DNA of 64,000 bases from the human T2T-CHM13v2.0 reference genome, Homo sapiens. The notes below the pieces were generated by a model, which saw only the letters and a program-made list of their open reading frames with translations, did not search any database and had not been told where the DNA came from. The DNA lies in NCBI RefSeq assembly GCF_009914755.1, contig NC_060928.1; one strand, 5' to 3'. This document shows positions 53,799-64,000 of the stretch, one piece after another (positions within the stretch are counted from its first letter, which is position 1; each line of letters starts with the position of its first letter). Both the position numbers and the translations under genes were made by a program.

Positions 53799-56443
53799 AT
53801 ATCTACATATATACATATAAATATATATATAGTATAATTTGATGTTATATATATTGCAGCTAATAAATACCTAGAAAATTTGCCGTCCTTCTGAGGGAAA
53901 CTCATGTCTCCTTTACAGTTGTCTAGTCTACAGTTATAATAGAATTTCTGTTTTCTTAATGCTTTTGAAATATTTTACATGGCAATTCCCTGGAAATATC
54001 TGTATATTTTATAGGACATATTGGAAAAATAATCAGTGGATATCTGTAAAATCTTCATTGTTGCTAGTTAAATGTACATTCATGTAATAAAGAAGAAAAA
54101 AATTACAAATGAGTTCAGAGTTAATAAATTATGAAGTTTGAGATTTATATTGGAAGAGTACCATTTCCTACCTGAAATATTCTACAGGCTGCAATCTGTT
54201 ACTTTAGAACTAAAACAGTATTTTACAGAAGTTTTAAAATGCTCAATTACAAGAAACTTATTTATTTTGGCCCATTCAGATAGGTAAAATGATTTTTCAT
54301 CTCAAAGTAGAGTAAATTTTTGTCTTAAACATAAAATTAGAATTTTTACTCTGTAGAAGACAGCCTACATACATTATTTGTGTGCAAAATGAGTTTGACC
54401 CTTCTAAGAGGATCACATTCACATTATGGTTTCATACAGATATTTCTTTGGCATATGATTTTACTTATAGTAGTATAGGCCAATTCTCACATTTTTTTTT
54501 GTGGAAGTTGAAGGTAATACTAAAAAGGTAGAGTAAATTGTTACAAGAAGAAAAATGTTAAATCTGTTCAATTTCTAAAAATATCTGCAACTTTTCTCCA
54601 TGAACATACTTTTCAGTAGCTACCTTATCAGCTTTTTGCCTATTTGTTTTTTGTTTTTTTTTTTAAATGCATCATGTCAGTTTGGGAAGAATTTGAATTG
54701 GTGTGCAGTGTTCAAAGTGTCTATTGTCAAACCAGTTCTTTTTGTTCTTGTCATGGCAGAATTTTGTAATAATAGGCTATTGTTTCAATTAGATGTATGC
54801 AATAGAGAAAGAGACTGCAACATAGCACACAAGGTTCTGGTTGAATCTTCACGGATTCAGTAGGAAGAGATGTAAACTAATTTAGAGTTAAACATTGCTG
54901 CCTTTATACAAGAAAAAATCCAGATATTTGAGCTTTCACTGTCCAGTGCCCCCACCCTTTTTTTTTTTTTTTTAGAAATAGTCACAAGTACTCTTTAAAA
55001 AATTGCAAAGTATTCCTATTCAAAGAATTGATCTTTGAAATGTTTATTCACTAAACTAGTATAAAATGCATAAACTATTCTGAGAGGATTGATATTCCAA
55101 CATGAAATTATTTTAAAAATTAACCTCTTACTATGCTCCATGTGGATGACTCAGCTTACCTGTTCCTTAGGCAAGCACCCTACATTTCCTTTTCTCCTAC
55201 ATACTTCTGGAAGACACACAGCAGTCAGACTTTTCCAGTGATAGTATTATCAGTTTAAATGTGCTTTGGGTTTCTGGATAACTATACAGGTTTTCCAAAC
55301 GAAATGTGATTTCACATGTTATTGGAGAGTAAGGCTAAGAAAAGGGCCTTGTGTTAGAATGAAGAATCCCTTTGAATTTGACTTATTTCACACTATGAGC
55401 AAATGTCACATTCAAACATAAATCTCTGGAGAAATCTCTGGAGACAGTACTGAAAATTTCTCTTCTTGGTCTATGATTTAGACCTTCTCATTTTAAGTCA
55501 CTATATCAAAAATATATTGAAGAAAACAGAATTTAAAGGTGTCTGAATTATTAAAAATATTTCGGACACTAGCTAAATGTAAATTACAATGCACATTCAA
55601 GGATTTCTGTATAATCATTTTAAATATCTGCGTGGAATTTTCTCCTTCCACTCATACCTTTCTACACTATATCATAACTAATACCCTCTGTGATCTTGAC
55701 AATATCCTCTTTGAACTTGATTTCCTATGTTTAAAATAAAAATGATGCTTTCCTATAGGCTAAATAATTATGGTGGGTGGAATGGAAGTTAATATTATAA
55801 GGCACTTTGAACTCTCAGAACAAAGTGCTAAGTAAGCACTAGACAGTGGAAAATAACGAGCCAGATAGTTTCTGTACCTGGCCACAATTTGAATATTATA
55901 GACCTAAGTAAATTATCAATGTTCCTTAATATATAAAGTCAATAACTTTATATATTTTATATAATTTTTATTTTATATTTTATTGTCACTCTCTTAGGAT
56001 TATTCGTCACTAAAGTAAGCAACAACAACAACAAAAATCCTTAGAAATTGAAAGGCTAGAGATTTGTTCTGAATTCTGCATTTAAAAATATGTCATAGTC
56101 CATATTCTATTGGAACTCACTTAACACTATTCCAAGGTAACTGCAAAGATTGTTATTTAAACTAAGGTTTAGAAATTCATATCAATTTACATCTTTATAT
56201 ATATTAATTATCCCTAAACACCCTTAAATATAAAGTTTGTATAAAAACAGGTAAATCAACTTCTGATATAGTATAAATTAAATCACTGAGACAAATATTG
56301 AACTTCAAAGTATGCAAAAAGTACTAGAAATTTTATAAAAATATGCCTAATTAATAAAATTTTATAAAACAAAATGTAAGACTGAAACCTATTTGAGAAT
56401 TTTAATATACAATAAAATTTTATTATAATTATTATGAAATGAT

Positions 56444-56757
56444 GGGTGTTGTGGCTTATGCCTGTGATCTCAGCGCTTTGGGATGCAGAGGTACAGTGAT
56501 AGTATAGTTCCTCAAGTGAGGAACACTTGAGCTCAGAAGTTCGAGATAAGCCTGGGCAACAACGTGAGACCCCAGTCTCTACAAAAAATTTAAAAATTAG
56601 CCAAGCTTGTTTGCATGCCCCTGTAGTTCCAACTACTCAGGGAGCAGAGACGGGAGGATCAGGTGAGTCGGGGAGATTGAGACTGCAGTGAGCCATGGCT
56701 GCATAATTACACTCTAGCCTGGGTGACAGAGAAAGACTCTGTCTCTCTCTATATATA
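56444..56757 (+). mobile_element. Diverged AluJ with a ~25-nt internal insertion
   Basis: Both Alu arms readable; flanked by ttattatgaaa on both sides. Confidence 0.85.
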
Positions 56758-57412
56758 TTATTATGAAAGTAAAAATATACATATTATTTTCTTATCTGGA
56801 AATTTGTTTTAATGTATATATTGCCAGTTATTAAGCTCCTAGTGTTTTCAGAAGATTGCTAAGAAACTGAGAGCTGTGGATTCTGCAGCAATTATTACTA
56901 GCTTGGGCCTAGGGAAAGTTACTTAACCTGAGTTTCATTTCCCTCAAAGGGTTTTTATCAGAACTAAATAAAATAATGTCTATGAGCCACTTAGTACAGT
57001 TCCTAGTACTAAAAAATATTAACTGCCAGTGTTTCTAATATTTCAATTATTATAAATTGGAGAGAAACACAACAGAGCACAATTGTCTCTAATTCAGAAT
57101 AATATTTCTAATTGTCATGAATTTGATGTATATCCAGCACCTCCTTTCCAACAATTAGAGTCATTGTTTTGGTTTCCTTCTTTAGTCAGTCAGAGTGCTT
57201 GTGAAGGGTTAGATAAGATGAACTGAGAAAAATATACCTCATGATAAAAGGATACAGGGTTCTGAAAACCCTATTTCATGCCTGCAAGGATATTAGCATA
57301 GAACATATTAGGAAATGTTCTGTTAAATAAGAGGCTGCTGAAACATTTGTAATACAGAATTAAATTGTGAATGATATATCAACTTAATTAATATTTCCTG
57401 AGCAGATAATAA

Positions 57413-57700
57413 TTATATATATATACACACACACATACACATATATAATATACATATAATTTATATATATAAACACACGCACAAATAAGCACATTTATTA
57501 CATACACACATATGTACATTCATTACATATACACAGTTGTAATATATATGTGAGTATGTAATAAATGTACCTATTTGTGCATGTGTAATATAAATATATA
57601 AACATGAACATGTATTATATAAATATATACACATATGCATATGTGCATATATATGTGTATATATTTATATACACATATATGTATATATATATATATGTAC
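57413..57700. repeat. (TA/CA)-rich low-complexity region with two inverted repeats
   Basis: Arms 57473-57516/57543-57586 and 57616-57636/57651-57671. Confidence 0.85.
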
Positions 57701-60116
57701 AAACATTGCCTTCACCTTCATTGTAATGATATCCCACTGAAATAGTAACTGATACTATGCTAAGTAAAGATGCTTATTGGTGTCAAAGATACTATCTATG
57801 CTTAGGTAAAGATACTAAATTGTATCAAAAATGCTAATCTCTTTTGGTCATAATACTGCTAATTTTTCTTACTACCTAGTAGTTTTGAACATGCTTAACA
57901 TTTTTTCTCCTTGAACTGAGGGTAACATGAATGAGACAATGAAATAAAGGAGAAATCTGATTTTTACAATATTTATAATGCCTTTTATTATTTGCCCTCC
58001 TTTTAAAATGCATGTATAATTTCCACTGGCAATTGTAGGAATGACATTTGTAGATGAAAAAAATGTTATAAATCTCTTGATTTGGATATATGCTTACAGT
58101 GCAACTAACGTGTATGCAAAATGCATTGTCAGAATTAAATTAAAAACTCACCTGTGAATAGTAGCATCTAAAACAGAAAGGATATATGATGATTTAACAA
58201 TTCTGAATAGCTCTGCAGAACTGTAAATCCTACTGTGACTAATAAACTCCCCAAGGCAGAAGGTTGCACTTTTTTCTTTATTTTAACTTCCTAAACTAAA
58301 GTTTTTGAAGCTTCTCAGGCAAAGGAATTAAATTTCATGTAAAACTAGTCTTACGATCAGCATTTTACTACATTTCATCAATTTTATAACCTTCATGGCT
58401 TAAAATAAATGGATTTAATATGCTAATCTTCATTATAGTACTATTTATTGAATATATATGTATATGTGTATATGCACACACATATATGTACTGATGTACC
58501 CTCTGTCTATATATAGCCACCATAAAAAAAAATGCTTAAAGTGAAAAAAGCATAAAATGGCAGACATAGCTCCAAACTTGAAACAAGGACACCTAACCTC
58601 CTACTCTACATCTTGTAATCTTTGGCTGTGTAATTTGGGTGAAAACATTTAAAATGTTTGCACTACAATTTATGAAGCATGACAAGGTTTTCATAAACCA
58701 TCTCTAAAATTCCTTTCAGCTATGAGTTTACAAAAACAACATGATTCCTTCTTTTCATGATCTTCTTATGGCATCTTATTTCCACTATGGCTTTATTAAA
58801 CACTTAACCCATTTCAAATATTTGGCCACTAAATAATTTGTTAAAGAGCACAGCGGCTTGGCTTTGATGGTTTTCTCTGTGTTTAGGAAAGATTGGTTTG
58901 ATGAATAGATGGATGAATGGCTGGACGCATGAATGTGTGAACACAAAGAGAAAAAGTGAGGGGAAAAATTTGGGGGGTAGAGAGAGTGAGAGCATGCACA
59001 AAAGAATCATGTCTGTTGTTAAAAAGAAAATAAAAGATTCATTGCATGTAGCATCTTCGCTAACTTTCAGTTAAGTTTATTCCTTTTATGATTACCTACC
59101 ATATATAATTTATATGTTAGTCAAAATTAAGTGAGTAAAGAGATTAAAAAGTTTGAACTTTCTGACTAAAAAATAAAGATCAGCTATCTTTGATTTTATT
59201 TGGAATTATGAAATCCAACGAAGTATTTATGCACAAATGTTTTTATATAAGTTTTTCTAGATGATATGCTATTGATTTGCAAGAGGAATGTAGATGTGTT
59301 GATGCTTGGTTTCAATATTTAGAGTCTTTTATTTTAAACACAACTTGATAAGCTTGCTATAGAATATGTATATCTTCCAATAATTCTATTCGCTGTGGAA
59401 AATTTCTTCAAGATATATCAAATTTTTTCTCAATATTGTTAGAGGAAATTATGTGTAGGATGAACACATAATTTTTTCTCTACTATCTTATCAGGTAAAT
59501 AATATTTACTCCACTTGCCTCTTAAATTTATAAGACACAAAATTTTCAATATTCAAACTAAAATACAAGTTTTTAGTATGATTATTAATTACCTTGTGTA
59601 TGATTATTACCTTGCTAACTTGGGTTTTCTGGAATCGTAATAATGCCTGTGACAACAAATTAACATGCAAGTACATTTTCAAGTCTACTTTTGTTTTAAT
59701 TTAGGTTTAGGTGTAACTTATATTTTATCCATACATCTGAATTTAGGTATTTTATTTTATAAGATTATATCTATTTTATAAGATTATACCTAATTTAATG
59801 TTAAAAAAGATTTAATCAATGATTCTTGAGTGTCTAAACTATTCAGGCTCTTTTATACACAGTGTAAGTATAAAAATAGTTTATATGGCCTAGGAAATTA
59901 TATTTTGCTAATTGATAAGGACTACCTCTGTGGTAGAGGAAACACCAAAAATAAAACCAAGAAGGAGAAAAATCTTCGAATGTTTGGAGACTTGTTGAGT
60001 TGGTTAGGTTAGTGAACTTATAAATATTTTATTTAAAAGGCATATTTGTGAATGTATTTTTGGGTGAAATGATTTTATGATCTGAAGTACTGACTTATTT
60101 CAAGCACAAAAAATCT

Positions 60117-60151
60117 ACACACACACACACACACACACATACACACACACA
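60117..60151. repeat. (CA)n microsatellite
   Basis: Direct reading. Confidence 0.95.
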
Positions 60152-60842
60152 GACACCAAGCATATATCTATTAGGTTAAAAGAAGAAATTTGGATTGTCA
60201 TTTTAAAAATTGGCAAGTAAGTATATGTATTTTGGGAATATTTAAATACCTTTCTAAAACATAATTATGTTTTTTTAACAGAAGTACTGTAGCTTGTCAG
60301 TTAGCTTTGAATTGTACAATAATTTATGAATTTTCAAAGGGCATACCTGCATTAATACTTTTACATATGACACTTCACAATGAAAATTTAAGCCATTATC
60401 ATTGCTTTAATATTACTATAAATTGTAATTAAGTTGACAATTATATTTTTGTAGAACTTTGTCTAAATTTGGTATTTTTTTCATATATATGCTAATTGGT
60501 CCATTAGTCCGTGAAAATTGTTTTCAGTAGCATTACATGTAGTACAAACTCATAAACATTAATATTTTTCTAAGATATAAGAAGACATGTAAACATGATA
60601 TAGTTTTCATTTAAAAATATATATTTTGGCCACTTGCATGTCAGTATGTTTGTATAAGGATTACATAAAGCCTTTATTTCTCCCCCCATAAAAGGAACAG
60701 AATATCAACCTTTAGTGATGGAAATGACTAAAAATTGCTGTAATAGGAATATTCAGGAGGTGTTCCTTTCCTGCTTTATTGATTGGTTATTCTTCCCTTC
60801 AGTTTGGCCAATAAGAAATATATAGAGAGTACTGATGAAATG

Positions 60843-60843
<1 letters not shown>

Positions 60844-60890
<47 letters not shown>
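60844..60890. repeat. (TG)n microsatellite
   Basis: Direct reading. Confidence 0.97.
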
Positions 60891-60891
<1 letters not shown>

Positions 60892-62143
60892 AGTGGTGGA
60901 ATAATTATTTTATATTGACAGGTCTAATCTGCTTTTCCCGTGAAGGTTATAAAATAAAACTGAGAGTAAAATCATGCTAATAAAAATACCTGAGAAGGAT
61001 CTAGATGCTTTGACATCATGTTAACTACATAGTTAAGAATGTTACATTTGAGCAACTATATAGTTAACAAAGTAGATCTAGTACCTATAGTATTGGATTA
61101 TCTAGATTGGTAATATTTGTGTATTAATACAAAGAATAGAGATGACTTTGCTGTGACTATTGGAAGTGGGTGAAATTAGAAAGGAATTTCTGTCCCAGGA
61201 TCCTTCCCGTGGAACTAATCACATTGTTTTCAGAATGCTTGTGTTGAAGACAAAATACTGCATGCACTCCTGTAGTACAAAGTCAGTTTAAGATGAGATT
61301 TTTATAGCTGAAGAAAAAAGTAAATAAATAACTGGGATTTGAAATGTTGGATAAGATTTTCTGTTCTTTGATTACACTGTTTGCAATAAGATGAACTGTT
61401 TCTTCTGTGTACTTCCTTGCTGTTTGCAGAAAGATGAACTGTTTCTTTTATCCATTTTTTCAGTATATCTTAATTCTGCAAAGGATTGACTAACGTGCTA
61501 TCATTTCTGCAGGTTTCTGCTGTTTATTAACCCAAGTTTAATGTTTAAGGCAATATTAAGTGTTCTGCCATGTAATAGTAAAATGCTTCCATCAAAAATG
61601 TATTACCAATACAGCAGAAGTCAATAACGTCACCTGCTATAAAACAAGGTTGATAAGAAGCCCTTTTTTAAAGACTCATTTAGAACCCACGACAACTTGA
61701 AACATCTTTGTATAAACACACATTACTACTTTGCGAATAGACATTTAGATTATCTGATTTAAAATGAATTGGTTATTTCAGCTTCAATTGTAAAAAATTT
61801 GTATCATACTTCCTAACAAACTATTAAAGAAATTTGTATATCTAAACCTGAGAGTATTAAATTTCAATGTAATGATTAATCTAGATCTACAAAGGATTAT
61901 CACATATTAAAATAATTCTTATGAAAGCTGCTTAAATTAGCAAGATAGGTCAAACATTTATTGTCTAAATGTTTTTACAAGAGCTTAGATTAAAAAGCAT
62001 TATCTGGTTCAGAAAAGACAGGTTAAGTAAAAATTAAAGTCTATAATATATATTTGATTAATAAAATAATAATATTCTCACTAGTAAACATCTGATAACA
62101 TATTAAGGAAGTACTCAATTTATATGTCAATTTTAAAAATTCT

Positions 62144-62449
62144 GGCCAGGTGCGGTGGCTCACGCCTGTAATGCCAGCACTTTGGGAGGCCGAGGTAGGT
62201 GGATCACGATGTCAGGAGATCGAAACCATCCTGGCTAACACAGTGAAACCCCGTCCCTACTACAAATACAAAAAAAAATTAGCTGGGCGCGGTGGCAGGT
62301 GCCTGTAGTCCCAGGTAATTGGGAGGCTGAGGCAGGAGAATGGGGTGAACCCGGGAGGCGGAGCTTGCTGTGAGCCGAGATGGCGCCACTGCACTCCAGC
62401 CTGGGCAACAGAGTGAGACTCCGTCTCAAAAAAAAAAAAAAAAAAAAAA
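62144..62449 (+). mobile_element. AluY-like, full length
   Basis: gagatcgaaaccatcctggctaacac, gagaatgg..tgaacccgggaggcggagcttgc; long poly(A); TSD aaaaattct. Confidence 0.95.
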
Positions 62450-62517
62450 TTCTTCATTAGTTTCTCTCAAGTTCTCAGCCATGGACAGGTATTCAAAATA
62501 TATAGGAAACAAGGCTA

Positions 62518-63086
<569 letters not shown>

Positions 63087-63791
63087 GTAGAATTTGAGCA
63101 TGTTGCTCAAGGTCGTATACTTAACAAGTGACGGTCAGTATTTAAAATCAGTTTGCTCTTAGAATCAATGTGTTTACCAAATATTCCATTACCAATCAAA
63201 TAGTCAATAAAAGTTAGCACAGTGTTTATCATCATCATATTTACACATGGATAAAAAATGCTATAATTATCCATTAGGACTTACATTAGTTCCTTGAGAA
63301 ATATTTATCCATTCCCTCTGCACAGAGATTTGAATGTCTTTACATTTTCTATAAATATTATTGACTTTACTATTATAAAAGATAATGAAACCCGTGTTCA
63401 AAAAAATGGGGGGAGTAAGAAAGGAAGGAAATGAAAAATAAATTAAGATCGCAAGAAAGGTTTGATTCCTATATATTCTATGAATGGACCTCAAGAAGTT
63501 TTCTGAGGTTATTTCCTTTTATTCAGAAAAGAAATCTTCCAGCTATGAATTCCTTAAAAATTTCATGATATAAGATATCCAATGTATTGGATACTTTGTC
63601 ATGTAGAAGCTTTTTATACCTATTATGTTTTCTTCCCCATGACCTCCCCGCAATAACACTTTGAGGTACTATTTATCATTCCATTTGGAAGAAGTAACTA
63701 TATTCCTTCTCAGCTATTACACTGCTTCCAGTACAATGTGTTTCATTAATAAATAAAGTGCATGCTCTAAGTGAAAGTATATGTTTTTTAA

Positions 63792-64000
<209 letters not shown>

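Noticed and set aside
55421-61447. Short tandem duplications (55421, 57730-57830, 59577, 59755, 61377-61447)
   Set aside because: Ordinary slippage products with unrelated sequences and no shared motif or spacing.

Overview
Primate, most likely human, AT-rich genomic DNA. Bases 1-63876 are the 3' part of the very long intron 1 of GRID2 (glutamate receptor delta-2, + strand). The last 124 nt are the start of coding exon 2 ([42 protein letters not shown]), which the ORF track misses. The rest is interspersed repeats (Alu, L1PA/L1PB, L2, MIR, a solo LTR12, MST/MLT1 LTRs, Tigger and hAT MITEs, a 30-nt U6 retrocopy), microsatellites and one minisatellite. Every ORF in the track is L1/Alu/LTR-derived or spurious. 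I do not see a convincing new multi-gene system. The most unusual structures are: (i) a tail-less internal fragment of a younger L1 inserted inverted into an older near-full-length L1, making a ~1.3-kb inverted repeat with a ~170-nt spacer; (ii) several templated fold-back scars; (iii) AT-rich palindromes; (iv) candidate recursive-splice or poison-exon sites. Repeat subfamily names come from recalled consensus sequences, and the boundaries of old repeats are approximate.
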